From contig JBBISJ010000001.1 of the NCBI GenBank assembly GCA_037441345.1, positions 67,660-131,659 of the forward strand: a DNA stretch of 64,000 nucleotides, written 5' to 3'. The notes beneath the pieces are model-generated. The model searched no databases, was not told the origin of the DNA, and was given only the letters and a program-made list of their open reading frames with translations. The translations under genes were made by a program, and so were the position numbers. This document shows positions 30,559 through 40,167 of this stretch, piece after piece; position 1 is the stretch's first letter; each line of letters begins with the position of its first letter. The stretch is from Chloroflexota bacterium. GTDB lineage: Bacteria > Chloroflexota > Dehalococcoidia > SM23-28-2 > RBG-16-64-32.

Positions 30559-30633
30559 GGCAGGGTAGCTCAGCGGCAGAGCAGGGGCTTCATAAGCCCT
30601 GTGTCGCGGGTTCGAATCCCGCCCCTGCCACCA
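30559..30633 (+). tRNA. tRNA-Met (anticodon CAT), CCA encoded
   Basis: manual cloverleaf: acceptor GGCAGGG/CCCTGCC, D-arm GCTC…GAGC, anticodon stem GGGGC/GCCCT loop TTCATAA, T-arm GCGGG-TTCGAAT-CCCGC. Confidence 0.85.
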
Positions 30634-30681
30634 AACCTTGGGCTCAGCTGGTCAACCGGGCTAGGCGAGTCCGGTCAGACC

Positions 30682-31056
30682 TCAGTGGCCTCCGAATACC
30701 CTGTAGCCCCTTGCGCGCAGCCCCCTCGCCAAGCGTGCCTCAGCATTCCTGGATTCCCCACGAGTCCGGTATGGCCCGTAGTTCCGGAAGAGTCGCTCCT
30801 TAAGCTTCAGGCCGAATTGCTTCACCTTCCCCGATGCCCTGCACCCACACAAATGCTGTTGGAATCTACACTTGGGCTCATGTGCGCTCTCGCCAACGTA
30901 CACACAAGGCTTACGGGGATCCACGCGCCCACCCGCTCCGTCCGATAACTCGATAACGTAGACGTAGAACAGAGGATCGCCTGAGCGGAATGGATTCTCG
31001 CAGATGCAGGGACAGGGCTTACTCACTGGTTTGGCTTCGAGTCTAACAGTCTGCAA
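30682..31056 (-). CDS. GIY-YIG-like nuclease family protein (divergent)
   Basis: LFYVYVIELSDG…VYVGESAHEPKCRFQQH; convergent with tRNA-Met; N-terminal extent uncertain. Confidence 0.45.
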   Translation of the reverse strand: MQTVRLEAKPVSKPCPCICENPFRSGDPLFYVYVIELSDGAGGRVDPRKPCVYVGESAHEPKCRFQQHLCGCRASGKVKQFGLKLKERLFRNYGPYRTRGESRNAEARLARGLRARGYRVFGGH

Positions 31057-31128
31057 TGGGAATTGAATGAGCCACTACCCAATTTCCCCTTGACCCTCAA
31101 CCCCAGACCCCCGACGCTCTTACCCATG

Positions 31129-32355
31129 GCGTCCATATTCGACACCCTCCAGTCCGTCATGCGGTTCGGGCCGTTGCAGGCCGATCCCGTGGAGCGGCGG
31201 CTTTCCCGGGCGGCGAACGTCGCGGACCTGCGCCGGATCGCCCGACGGCTCCTCCCCCGCGGCGTCTTCGACTACGTTGACGGCGCGGCCGAGGACGAGC
31301 TGACGATGCGCCGCAACGCGGCCGCGTTCCGCCGGGTGCAGTTCCGGCCGCGCGTGCTGTGCAACGTCAGCGACGTGGACGTCTCGACGACCCTGCTTGG
31401 CAAGCCACTGGCCTACCCGCTCGTCCTCGCCCCCACCGGCTTCACGCGCATGGTGGAGCCGCAGGGCGAGCTGGCCGTCGCGCGGGCGGCGGCGCGGGCG
31501 GAGATTCCGTACACCCTGTCCACGATGGGCACGCGTTCGATCGAGGAGGTCGCGGCCGTCTCCTCGGGCCGCAAGTGGTTCCAGGTCTATGTCTGGCGGG
31601 ACCGAGACCTGGTGAAGGACATGCTTGATCGCGCCGCTGCCGCGGACTATGAGGCGATCGTCATCACCGTCGATGTCCCCGTGCTGGGGCGGCGCGAGCG
31701 CGATATCCGCACGGGCTTCACGCTCCCCCCGCGGCTGGGGATCGACACGATCATCGACGGGTTGCTGCATCTCGGCTGGACACTGAATTTCATGCGGGCC
31801 GAGCCGATCTCGTTCGCGAACATCTTCCACATGGAGGGCGTCAGTTCCACCAGCCCCGTGTCCCTGGCCCAGCACGTGAACAGCCAGTTCGACCCGCGCC
31901 TCTCCTGGGACGATATCGGCTGGTTCCGCTCGAACTGGCAGGGCCCGATCGTCATCAAGGGCATCCAGACCGTCGAGGACGCGCGCATCGCCGCAGACGT
32001 TGGCGTCGAAGCGATTGCCCTCTCGAACCACGGCGGCCGCCAGATGGACGGCGCCCCGCCGCCGCTCGAACTGGTCGCGCCTGTCGCGGAAGCTGTTGGA
32101 GACCGCGTCGAGATCATCTGCGACGGCGGCGTCCGCCGGGGGAGCGATATTGCGAAGGCCGTGGCCCTGGGCGCGCGGGCGTGCATGGCCGGCCGCCCCT
32201 ATCTGTACGGCCTCGCCGCCGGCGGCGAACGCGGCGTCGACTTCGTGCTCGCCATGCTCCGCGCCGGCCTGAAACAGACGTTGGCCCTGGCCGGCGTGAC
32301 ACGCATCGAGGAGCTGACGCCGGAACTTGTGGAGTGGCGGACGCCACGCCCATAA
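31129..32355 (+). CDS. FMN-dependent alpha-hydroxy-acid dehydrogenase/oxidase (LldD/glycolate oxidase family)
   Basis: start MASIFDTL; family motifs …SNHGGRQ…, TIM-barrel FMN site. Confidence 0.8.
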   Translation, partial: ASIFDTLQSVMRFGPLQADPVERRLSRAANVADLRRIARRLLPRGVFDYVDGAAEDELTMRRNAAAFRRVQFRPRVLCNVSDVDVSTTLLGKPLAYPLVLAPTGFTRMVEPQGELAVARAAARAEIPYTLSTMGTRSIEEVAAVSSGRKWFQVYVWRDRDLVKDMLDRAAAADYEAIVITVDVPVLGRRERDIRTGFTLPPRLGIDTIIDGLLHLGWTLNFMRAEPISFANIFHMEGVSSTSPVSLAQHVNSQFDPRLSWDDIGWFRSNWQGPIVIKGIQTVEDARIAADVGVEAIALSNHGGRQMDGAPPPLELVAPVAEAVGDRVEIICDGGVRRGSDIAKAVALGARACMAGRPYLYGLAAGGERGVDFVLAMLRAGLKQTLALAGVTRIEELTPELVEWRTPRP

Positions 32356-32403
32356 CACCCTTTACTCTTCACTCTCTACTCTTCACCATTCACTATTAAC
32401 CCC

Positions 32404-33324
32404 ATGTCCGCCCTCGCCGCCGCCTGGCGCGACCCGTCCCCGCTCGCCGCTCGGCTGATGCTGTTTGCCGCGGCCTGCTTCTGGAGCATCGGCGGGTTGC
32501 TGATCAAGGAGATCGACACAGGTGCGCTCAACATCGTCTTCTTCCGCTGCCTCTTCTCGGCCCTGCTGCTCGTGCCCTTTCTCCGGGGCCGCAGATTCCC
32601 CACCGGGCGTGACACCGGGATTGCCGTCGCCGTCTTCGCGCTGCTGCTCGTCCTCTTCGTAGCGGCGACCAAGGAGACGACGGCCGCCAACGCCATATTT
32701 CTCCAGTACACCGCGCCTGTCTGGGTCGTCGTCTTCGCGCCGCTCCTGCTCAACGAACACCTCCGCCGGAGCGACGCCCTGCCGCTCGCCGTCTGCCTCG
32801 GCGGCATCGCCGTCCTCTTCGCCGGGAACTGGAGCAGCGGCGACGAGCTGGGCCTGGTGATGGGCACGGGAAGCGGCCTCTTCTTCGGTCTCTACTTCAT
32901 CTGGTTGCGCCGGATGCGCTACGCCCACCCCGTCGCGATCACCGCAGTGAGCTGCGCCGGCGTGGCGGCCCTCCTCTTGCCCGTGCCGTTCTTCCAGGCG
33001 GTCAGTCTGGAGGCCCTCGGCCTGCTCGTGGTGATGGCGGCGTTCCAGTTCGCGCTGCCCTACGTGCTGGTCGCGCGGGGAATGGCGCACGTCGGCGGCG
33101 CCGAGGCCAGCCTGATCGCCCTGGTCGAGCCGGTCCTCAATCCGGTCTGGGTCGCCCTGTTTTACGGTGAAGACCCGTCGGCCGCCACGATCATCGGCGG
33201 CGCTGTGATCCTGGCCGGGCTCGGCCTGAGATACTCCGTCTTCCGGCCCCCCTCGGAGGAGGCGCCAGCAGAGCCGGCAGCGGAGGCCGGTGGCGGGCCG
33301 CTCTTCAGTGGGCCGTCGGGCTAG
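32404..33324 (+). CDS. DMT superfamily (EamA) transporter
   Basis: two EamA repeats, 10 predicted TM helices. Confidence 0.75.
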   Translation: MSALAAAWRDPSPLAARLMLFAAACFWSIGGLLIKEIDTGALNIVFFRCLFSALLLVPFLRGRRFPTGRDTGIAVAVFALLLVLFVAATKETTAANAIFLQYTAPVWVVVFAPLLLNEHLRRSDALPLAVCLGGIAVLFAGNWSSGDELGLVMGTGSGLFFGLYFIWLRRMRYAHPVAITAVSCAGVAALLLPVPFFQAVSLEALGLLVVMAAFQFALPYVLVARGMAHVGGAEASLIALVEPVLNPVWVALFYGEDPSAATIIGGAVILAGLGLRYSVFRPPSEEAPAEPAAEAGGGPLFSGPSG

Positions 33325-33347
33325 GCCATCGCTGTCGCGCCCTTATA

Positions 33348-34058
33348 ATGGATAGCGAGGAGCCGCCCGCTTCATCCGTGAAGAAGATCCTGGTAGTCGA
33401 CGACGAGCCCACGCTGCTCGCGGCGCTCAAGTACAACCTGGAGCGGGAGAACTTCCAGGTCGACACGGCAGCCGATGGCGAACAGGCGCTCCACGTGGCC
33501 CGTACCCTGAATCCCGACCTGGTGATCCTCGACCTGATGCTGCCAGGGATGAGCGGCCTCGACGTCTGCCGTGTCCTGCATAAGGAGATGACGGTGCCCA
33601 TTCTCATGCTCACCGCCAGGGACTCGGAGGTCGACAAGGTGGTCGGCCTGGAGATCGGCGCGGACGACTACGTGACCAAGCCGTACAGCACGCCGGAGCT
33701 GATGGCGCGGGTACGTGCCCTGCTCCGGCGGGCTGATACCGGCGGCGCAGTTACCCGGGACGTGGTGACGTGCGGGGACATACGCATCGACCCCGCCCGT
33801 CACGAGGCCAGGCGTGGCTCGGAGACGATGCACCTGAAGCCGAAGGAGTTCGACCTCCTGCTCCACTTCGCGCGGCACCCGGGCCGTGCTTTCACCCGTG
33901 AGCAACTGCTGAGCGAGATCTGGGGCTACGACTTCGCCGGCGACACGCGCACGGTGGACGTGCACGTGCGCTGGCTGCGGCAGAAGATCGAGGATTCACC
34001 GGGGGAGCCCCGCCGCCTTGTGACGGTGCGAGGCACCGGGTACAGGTTCGAAGGCTGA
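33348..34058 (+). CDS. OmpR-family response regulator
   Basis: receiver domain (ILVVDDEP…D…K) and winged-helix trans_reg_C (…RVDVHVRWLRQKIE…VRGTGYRF). Confidence 0.9.
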   Translation: MDSEEPPASSVKKILVVDDEPTLLAALKYNLERENFQVDTAADGEQALHVARTLNPDLVILDLMLPGMSGLDVCRVLHKEMTVPILMLTARDSEVDKVVGLEIGADDYVTKPYSTPELMARVRALLRRADTGGAVTRDVVTCGDIRIDPARHEARRGSETMHLKPKEFDLLLHFARHPGRAFTREQLLSEIWGYDFAGDTRTVDVHVRWLRQKIEDSPGEPRRLVTVRGTGYRFEG

Positions 34059-35443
34059 TGGTGCGCCGGTTCCGCTGGCAGGCGCTGCTTGCTTACGTGC
34101 TGGCGGTTGCGGCTGTCGCGTTGGCCCTCGCCGCCGGCAACGGTACGGCCGTGATCATCGCGGCGGCGGTCCTCCTGGCGCTGTCGGCGCTGCTCCTCTG
34201 GCGCGCGACCGGTAAGGTGGCGGGCTTCGCGCGGATGCTGGCCGGCGCTTCCCGGGAAGTCGCGGACGGCGTGCTGACCACGCGCCTGGACCTGCCCGCG
34301 GGTGACGAGATGGGGCACGTGGCCGACGAGTTCAACCGCATGGCGTCGAAGTTGGAGAAGCGCGTGGCCGCCGCCGCCCAGGAGCGTAACCGCCTGATCG
34401 CCGCGATCAACGCCAGCGTGGACGGACTGGTCGCCGTGGACGCGCACAACACGATCACGTTTGCCAACTCCGCCGTGAAGACGCTGCTGGGCAAAGACCC
34501 GGAGCAGATGACCGGCGAAGGGTTCGCCTGGCTGATGTCCGACCCCGCCGTCATCCAGGGGTTGAAGGAGTGCCGCGCCAACCGCGTGCGCAGCAGCCAC
34601 GTGATCGAGCGGCCGGGCCGCCGATATCTGCGGGCAATCATCACTCCGATCCAGGGCGGCGGCGACTGGTCGGCGCTCGTCGTCTTCCACGACCTCACCG
34701 ACATCCGCCGGTCCGAAGTGATGCGCCGGGACTTCGTCGCCAACGTCTCGCACGAGTTACGCACGCCGCTGGCCGCAATAAAGGCGGTGGTCGAGACGCT
34801 ACAGGGAGGCGCCATCGACGAGCGGGCGACCGCCCTGGACTTCCTCCGCCGCGCCGACGACGAGGTCGACCGCCTGGTGCAGATGGTGGAGGAACTGCTC
34901 GACCTCTCCCGCCTCGAGGCCGGCGAACTCACGCTCTCGGCCGAAGGGATCGACCTCGCCGCTCTCGCCGCGATGGCCGTCGACCGGCTGCGCCCCCAGG
35001 CGGACCTGTGCGACGTTGCGATGACCCTGCATGCCCCTGACCCGGTGCCGCCGGTCCAGGGCGACCGCGCCACCCTTGAGCGCGCCATCGTGAACCTGGT
35101 GCATAACGCCGTCAAGTTCACGCCGGACGGCGGCCGGATTGACGTCTCCGTGGAGCCGGTCCGCGGCGGCGTCCTCGTCTCCGTCTCCGACACCGGCGTC
35201 GGCATCGACGAGGCCGACCTGCCGCGCGTCTTCGAGCGCTTCTACAAGGCCGACCGCGCCCGCCGGGCCGGAGGCACGGGCCTCGGGCTGGCGCTGGTCA
35301 AGCACACGGTCGAGGCGCACGGCGGTCACGTCGAGGCGCACAGCGAGGCGGGCCACGGCGCCACGTTCACGGTATGGCTTCCTGCCGTTCCTGCGGAGGA
35401 AGCGCCCGAACCGGCCACCTCAACTACGAGCCGGCGTCAGTAA
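34058..35443 (+). CDS. sensor histidine kinase (HAMP-PAS-HisKA-HATPase_c)
   Basis: H-box SHELRTPL, N/G1/G2 boxes (LVHNAVKFTP, DTGVGI, GGTGLGL); ATGGTG overlap with regulator. Confidence 0.85.
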   Translation: MVRRFRWQALLAYVLAVAAVALALAAGNGTAVIIAAAVLLALSALLLWRATGKVAGFARMLAGASREVADGVLTTRLDLPAGDEMGHVADEFNRMASKLEKRVAAAAQERNRLIAAINASVDGLVAVDAHNTITFANSAVKTLLGKDPEQMTGEGFAWLMSDPAVIQGLKECRANRVRSSHVIERPGRRYLRAIITPIQGGGDWSALVVFHDLTDIRRSEVMRRDFVANVSHELRTPLAAIKAVVETLQGGAIDERATALDFLRRADDEVDRLVQMVEELLDLSRLEAGELTLSAEGIDLAALAAMAVDRLRPQADLCDVAMTLHAPDPVPPVQGDRATLERAIVNLVHNAVKFTPDGGRIDVSVEPVRGGVLVSVSDTGVGIDEADLPRVFERFYKADRARRAGGTGLGLALVKHTVEAHGGHVEAHSEAGHGATFTVWLPAVPAEEAPEPATSTTSRRQ

Positions 35444-35533
35444 GACCGGCCCCGACGGCAGCGGGAAGCTGTCCTACAGCTCCTTCGCTCACGTGGCGAG
35501 GGCCGCACGATGAGAGGCGACGCCTGGAACCAC

Positions 35534-35610
35534 TGGTGGGCGATGCTGGACTCGAACCAGCGACCTTCTCGGTGTAAGCGAGACGCTCTGACCAACTGAG
35601 CTAATCGCCC
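35534..35610 (-). tRNA. tRNA-Val (anticodon TAC), CCA encoded
   Basis: manual cloverleaf on minus strand: GGGCGAT-TA-GCTC-AGTTGGTCA-GAGC-G-TCTCG-CTTACAC-CGAGA-AGGTC-GCTGG-TTCGAGT-CCAGC-ATCGCCC-A-CCA. Confidence 0.85.
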
Positions 35611-35778
35611 GTATTTGTGGCCTTTGTGTAGGCGAGACGCTCTGACCCCCGCCAGAGGCGGGTCCGCCTCCGGCGGAAACTGAGCTAATCGCCCGTATTT
35701 GTGGCCTTTGTGTAGGCGAGACGCTCTGACCCCCGCCAGAGGCGGGTCCGCCTCCGGCGGAAACTGAGCTAATCGCCC
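35611..35778 (-). repeat. two identical tandem 84-nt units, each a tRNA-Val 5' half (acceptor 5' strand, D-arm, anticodon stem/loop) carrying a 30-nt hairpin insertion in the D-loop plus a 15-nt spacer
   Basis: 35611-35694 and 35695-35778 identical; minus-strand reading GGGCGATTAGCTCAGTT[TCCGCCGGAGGCGGACCCGCCTCTGGCGGG]GGTCAGAGCGTCTCGCCTACAC+AAAGGCCACAAATAC. Confidence 0.85.
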
Positions 35779-35819
35779 ACGCTTGCTCCTATTGTAGGGT
35801 GGGCGTCGCGTGACGGGAA
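35779..35819 (-). promoter_or_regulatory. 41-nt conserved element (GATTCCCGTCACGCGACGCCCACCCTACAATAGGAGCAAGCGT on minus strand) with TACAAT -10-like box immediately upstream of the tRNA-half repeats
   Basis: begins directly after GIY-YIG stop; second copy at 36164-36204; TACAAT 12 nt before repeat 5' end; -35 not convincing. Confidence 0.35.
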
Positions 35820-36074
35820 TCAGGACCCGTCGCCAGCAATCTGATCGCGCAGCTTCCTGCCTGCACCCGATTTGAGGAATCGCTCACGCTGAGCTGCCTC
35901 AAAGCGAGTCGCGTATTCCTCAAAGAACAGCAGCTTGAGGGGCCGGTTTGCCCTGGTCCAGGCGTTGGAGCCGTTGTTGTGCTCACGGAGCCGGAGACCT
36001 GGGTTCCTGCTTGTCATTCCAACATACCGCTTGCCGTTCCGGAGGCTTTCGAGGACGTACACGAAGTGGGGCAT
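35820..36074 (-). CDS. GIY-YIG nuclease family protein (84 aa)
   Basis: FVYVLESLRNGKRYVGMTSRNPGLRLREHN – canonical GIY…YVG…R…E/H…N motif set. Confidence 0.8.
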   Translation of the reverse strand: MPHFVYVLESLRNGKRYVGMTSRNPGLRLREHNNGSNAWTRANRPLKLLFFEEYATRFEAAQRERFLKSGAGRKLRDQIAGDGS

Positions 36075-36096
36075 GGAAGAACTTTGTTTGTTCGAG

Positions 36097-36163
36097 TGTG
36101 CGAGACGCTCTGACCCCCCGCCAGGGGCGGGTCCGCCTCCGGTGGAGACTGAGCTAATCGCCC
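36097..36163 (-). repeat. third, diverged copy of the tRNA-Val 5'-half element with D-loop insertion, acting as 5' leader of the GIY-YIG gene
   Basis: minus-strand GGGCGATTAGCTCAGTCTCCACCGGAGGCGGACCCGCCCCTGGCGGGGGGTCAGAGCGTCTCGCAC then 22 nt to GIY-YIG ATG. Confidence 0.7.
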
Positions 36164-36204
36164 ACGCTTGCTCTATTGTAGGGCGGGCGTCGCGTGTCGG
36201 GAAT
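36164..36204 (-). promoter_or_regulatory. second copy of the 41-nt TACAAT-containing element, immediately after transporter stop codon
   Basis: GATTCCCGACACGCGACGCCCGCCCTACAATAGAGCAAGCGT (minus strand), ~90% identical to 35779-35819. Confidence 0.35.
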
Positions 36205-37596
36205 CTACGTCGGCGGCGCCGGCCCCTTTGACAGCCTCGGCACTGGCGGCCGCCAGCTCTCCCGCGCCGCTGCCCAGAAGTCGCGCATGAACGGGACGTC
36301 GCGCGCCAGGACGAATGCCGCGATGACGCAGTACACCACCGCGTATCCCACCCGGATGCTCGTGTCCGTGAACGCGAACTGCGTCACGAACATCGCCGCC
36401 AGCAGCAGCGCCTCCCAGCGGCTCATCGTCAGGCTCACCAGGATCGCCACCGCAAACAGCGATTGCGCCGCCGTCAGGAACACCTCCTCCGACTGGCGGC
36501 CGTCGAAGTCCAGCGGCGTGATCGCGCCCCCCGAAACGGCGTAGGCCAGCGGCAGGCTGCCGATCAGCAGCGTCCACTGGTTCACCTTGGACGAGATCAG
36601 GATCGTCATTCCGGCGTCGTAACGCCCTCTCACCGCCAGCATCCCGGCCAGGATGAACTCCGGTGACTCCGAGGCCAGCGGCGCCACCCACTGCACGAGG
36701 ATGAACTCGTCGATGCCGAGGTTCGCGCCGCTCTCTTTGAGGCTCTCGGCGAACGGCTCTGCTGCCGCGAAGATAACGGTGGCTGCGTAGGCGAAGATGG
36801 CGAGCACCGTGATCCGCCGCGAAATCCGCGGCAGCGCGCCGATCGCCGCCGCCGGTCCCACGAACTCCCGATCGTGCTCCGGTGGTGAGCGGGAAGCGAT
36901 GTAGAGGTACGTGGCGAAGAGCGAGAACATGACCGTGGTGTCGATCAGCGAGAGGTGGCCGCGGATCGGGATGCTGAAGCTGTAGACGGTGGCCCCGCCG
37001 AGGAAGAGGATGCCGAGGGCGTTGCTCCGCTCGACGGGCATCACGTGCTTCTTGAGCTTGCGCCAGAAGATGAAGAAGATCACCGGCCACGCGAGTCCAA
37101 CGAGCAGCCGGTTGCCGCCCGTCATGTTCGCGATCGCGAAGTGCGCGTTGTCCGGGTTATCCGGCGCTGTCCAGGCGAAGTACAGGTCCACGGCGTACTC
37201 CGGCAGCACCGCGATGAGCGCCAGCACGACCAGCGCCAGCCCGGCCGAGATCTCCGTCTCCGCCACTTCCGAAGCCCAGGTCAACAACGTGGCCGCGGCG
37301 AACACGCCGAACCCGAAGATGGCCGCTTCCAGCAGGGGTGGCAGGTGCGGGTCCCAGGCGCCGGTCACGTTCAGTATCCGCAGCAGCGGGGCAGGGAGCG
37401 CCGCCAGCGCCGCGGTGATAAGCAGTAACCATTCGCGCACGAGCAGCCGGTCCACCTCGCGGATCGGCTCGATTACGTCGTAGTGCGGTCGGTCTGCGGG
37501 GCCGTGCGCCATACAACATTCGAGTATATCCGCGGGCAGTTTGTGGGGGAACGCGAGTTTCTGGATAATAGAGTGCACCCACCGCCCTGCCCTCAC
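36205..37596 (-). CDS. CaCA-family cation/Ca2+ antiporter-like membrane protein
   Basis: polytopic; alpha-repeat-like …[10 protein letters not shown]…; true start probably internal (MAHGPADRP… ~37512). Confidence 0.55.
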   Translation of the reverse strand: MRAGRWVHSIIQKLAFPHKLPADILECCMAHGPADRPHYDVIEPIREVDRLLVREWLLLITAALAALPAPLLRILNVTGAWDPHLPPLLEAAIFGFGVFAAATLLTWASEVAETEISAGLALVVLALIAVLPEYAVDLYFAWTAPDNPDNAHFAIANMTGGNRLLVGLAWPVIFFIFWRKLKKHVMPVERSNALGILFLGGATVYSFSIPIRGHLSLIDTTVMFSLFATYLYIASRSPPEHDREFVGPAAAIGALPRISRRITVLAIFAYAATVIFAAAEPFAESLKESGANLGIDEFILVQWVAPLASESPEFILAGMLAVRGRYDAGMTILISSKVNQWTLLIGSLPLAYAVSGGAITPLDFDGRQSEEVFLTAAQSLFAVAILVSLTMSRWEALLLAAMFVTQFAFTDTSIRVGYAVVYCVIAAFVLARDVPFMRDFWAAARESWRPPVPRLSKGPAPPT

Positions 37597-37644
37597 GGGG
37601 GATGCGCCAGGCGCGCCGCGGTGCCGGAAGGAGGAACGGGCGCC

Positions 37645-39312
37645 TTGACCGAGCCCAACGGAAGCAAGAACAAACAGGACTGGCTGGAAGGCCGCTACGC
37701 TCGCACTGTCCAGAAGTCAGCCGAGCGCGAGTACCCGTTCGAGACGTCGGACGGCATGAAGGTCGAGCCCCTCTACACGCCGGACGACCTCAACGGCTGG
37801 GACTACGAGAAGCAACTGGGCTACCCGGGCGATTTCCCCTTCACCCGCGGCGTCCAACCCACGATGTACCGCGGCCGCCTCTGGACGATGCGCCAGTACG
37901 CCGGCTTCGGCGACGCGGAGGAGTCCAACCAGCGCTATCGTTACCTGCTCGGCCAGGGCCAGACCGGCCTCTCTGTCGCCTTCGACCTGCCGACCCAGAT
38001 CGGCTACGACTCGGACCACGCGATGGCCGAGGGCGAGGTCGGCAAGGTCGGCGTCGCGATCTCCTCCCTGGCGGACATGGAGCTCCTGATGAAGGAGATC
38101 CCGCTGGAGAAGGTCACGACGTCGATGACGATCAACGCTACCGCCGCCGTCCTGCTGGCGTTCTACGTGGCGCTGGCGAAGAAGCAGGGTGCGGACCTCT
38201 CGAAGATCGGCGGCACCACCCAGAACGACATCCTGAAGGAGTACATCGCCCGCGGCACCTACATCTACCCGCCCGAGGGCTCGATGCGCCTGATTACGGA
38301 CACCTTCTCCTTCTGCAAGGACAACCTGCCCGCCTGGAACACGATCAGCGTCAGTGGCTACCACATGCGCGAGGCCGGTTGCACGGCCGTGCAGGAGGTC
38401 GCCTTCACCCTGGCGAACGGCATCACCTATTGCGAGGCAGCGCTCAAAGCCGGGCTCGAGTTCGACGAGTTCGCCCCGCGCGTCGCCTTCTTCTTCGCGT
38501 CCTTCACCAACCTGATCGAGGAGGTCGCCAAGTTCCGCGCGGCCCGGCGCCTCTGGGCGCGAATCGCGAAGGAGCGGTTCGGCGCGAAAGACCAGCGCAG
38601 CATGATGCTCCGCTTCCACACCCAGACAGGCGGCTCCACCCTGACGGCTCAGCAGGTCGAGAACAACATCGTCCGAACGGCGATCCAGGCGCTCGCGGCT
38701 GTCCTCGGCGGCACGCAATCACTCCACACTAATTCGATGGACGAGGCGCTGGCCCTGCCGACCGAGAAGGCCGTGCAGATCGCGCTCCGTACGCAGCAGG
38801 TCATCGCCTTCGAGAGCGGCGTCGCCGACGTCATCGACCCGCTGGCCGGTTCCTACTACGTTGAGAAGATGACTGACCGGATCGAATCTGAGGCGATGAA
38901 GTATATCGACCGGATCGAGGACATGGGCGGCTCGCTGCGCGCTATCGAAAGCGGCTACCAGCAGCGCGAGATCCAGGAGGCCTCCTACCGCTACCAGAGG
39001 TCCGTCGACGAAGGCTACCGCTACGTCGTCGGCGTCAACAAGTTCACCACCGACGAGGAAGAGCGGCCGGAGATCCTGCGCGTCCGCGAGGAGGTCGTCC
39101 GGCGGCAGATCGAGCGCCTGAACCGCGTCCGGGCCGAGCGCGACGAGGCGAAGGCGCAACAGATGCTGCGGTTGCTCGGCGATGCGGCTCGGTCGGACGC
39201 CAACCTGATGCCGGTGCTGATCGAGGCGGTCGAGAACTACGTGACGCTGGGCGAGATCTGCGACGTGCTGCGCGGCGTCTTCGGCACCCAGCACGAATTC
39301 ATGGTGTTCTAG
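37645..39312 (+). CDS. methylmalonyl-CoA mutase (or related acyl-CoA mutase) catalytic subunit, no B12-binding domain
   Basis: TTG start with GGAGGA SD; [45 protein letters not shown] near-identical to MCM consensus; ends before cobalamin-binding domain. Confidence 0.85.
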   Translation: MTEPNGSKNKQDWLEGRYARTVQKSAEREYPFETSDGMKVEPLYTPDDLNGWDYEKQLGYPGDFPFTRGVQPTMYRGRLWTMRQYAGFGDAEESNQRYRYLLGQGQTGLSVAFDLPTQIGYDSDHAMAEGEVGKVGVAISSLADMELLMKEIPLEKVTTSMTINATAAVLLAFYVALAKKQGADLSKIGGTTQNDILKEYIARGTYIYPPEGSMRLITDTFSFCKDNLPAWNTISVSGYHMREAGCTAVQEVAFTLANGITYCEAALKAGLEFDEFAPRVAFFFASFTNLIEEVAKFRAARRLWARIAKERFGAKDQRSMMLRFHTQTGGSTLTAQQVENNIVRTAIQALAAVLGGTQSLHTNSMDEALALPTEKAVQIALRTQQVIAFESGVADVIDPLAGSYYVEKMTDRIESEAMKYIDRIEDMGGSLRAIESGYQQREIQEASYRYQRSVDEGYRYVVGVNKFTTDEEERPEILRVREEVVRRQIERLNRVRAERDEAKAQQMLRLLGDAARSDANLMPVLIEAVENYVTLGEICDVLRGVFGTQHEFMVF

Positions 39313-39380
39313 TGCAACGCCTCGGAGGTGGCGGCAACCTGCGCACTCCGCATGAACGCCATAGCAGGGTGCCGGACAGC

Positions 39381-39515
39381 GGGGTGTGCACAGGGGCGGA
39401 GGCCCCGCCGCGGGGGTCTGGGTGTGTCCCCCACGTTCAATTTCTATCTCTGGGGAGGGGTGAGGTGGAGGGCCGGAACTTCGCCATCCACTATCAATCT
39501 ACTCAGGTGACACTC
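39381..39515 (+). repeat. ~135-nt structured repeat, copy 1 (5' of PPOX-family gene)
   Basis: GGGGTGTGCACAGGGGCGGAGGCCCC…GGGGGTCTGGGTGTGTCCCCC…AATCTACTCAGGTGACACTC; three internal GC hairpins. Confidence 0.6.
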
Positions 39516-39532
39516 CGGGAACGGCCTTCGTC

Positions 39533-39955
39533 ATGCGCGCGATGACGGACGCTGAGCGCGATGCCTTCCTGGCCGAACCCCGCTACGCCATTCTTACAAC
39601 GCTCCGCAAAGACGGATCGCCCGTCAGCGTGCCCGTCTGGTTCGAGTGGGACGACAACGTCGTCAGAATGTTTACCCACATCGTCACGGCGAAGCTGAAG
39701 CGCATCCAGCATGACCCCCGCGCTTCCGTCCTCGTCGCCAACCGCGTGGACGAGCCGGAAACATGGGTCGCGTTCGACGGCCGGTTGACCGTGCGCGAAG
39801 ACGGCGGCCTGGATCTCGCCGAGCGCCTCGCGCCGAGGTACTGGAACCTGGACGACCCGGCGCGCTCGGGCGCCCTGGAAGCGTGGCGGCAGATGGCGTC
39901 CGGCTGGCGCCTGCTCGAGCTTGTGCCGGAGCGTATCCGCACCTACGTGGACTAG
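39533..39955 (+). CDS. pyridoxamine 5'-phosphate oxidase family protein (PPOX class, probable F420-dependent)
   Basis: RYAILTTLRKDGSPVSVPVWFEWDDN split-barrel FMN/F420-binding signature. Confidence 0.7.
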   Translation: MRAMTDAERDAFLAEPRYAILTTLRKDGSPVSVPVWFEWDDNVVRMFTHIVTAKLKRIQHDPRASVLVANRVDEPETWVAFDGRLTVREDGGLDLAERLAPRYWNLDDPARSGALEAWRQMASGWRLLELVPERIRTYVD

Positions 39956-39987
39956 TGTATTGTCGCGGGATGGCGAAAGAACGGCGC

Positions 39988-40103
39988 GTGCAGAGAAGGC
40001 GGAGCCCCGGCGCCTGTCCTGAGCGTAGCCGCGGGGCCGGGATTTGGCGGTGTCCCGACGTTCGATTTCGGCCACTGCGAGAGGGGTGTGGCGGGCGAAT
40101 CGC
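39988..40103 (+). repeat. structured repeat copy 2 (diverged, with internal insertion)
   Basis: GTGCAGAGAAGGCGGAGCCCC…GGTGTCCCGACGTTCGATTTCGG…GAGGGGTGTGGCGGGCGAATCGCC. Confidence 0.5.
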
Positions 40104-40167
40104 CTGTTTGCGGATGGCGGTGACCGGCTCGGCCTGCGCCAACGGCTTCCGCACGCTGTCGGCAAAC

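Noticed and set aside
30634-30690. tRNA-like fragment downstream of tRNA-Met (GGGCTCAGCTGGTCAACCGGGCTAGGCGAGTCCGGTCAGACC)
   Set aside because: Only loose similarity to D-arm/anticodon-arm sequences; no acceptor or T-arm; could not be folded.
35611-35778. tandem 84-nt repeats considered as a CRISPR array
   Set aside because: Only two units, no intervening spacers, and the units are tRNA-Val-derived; no cas genes nearby.
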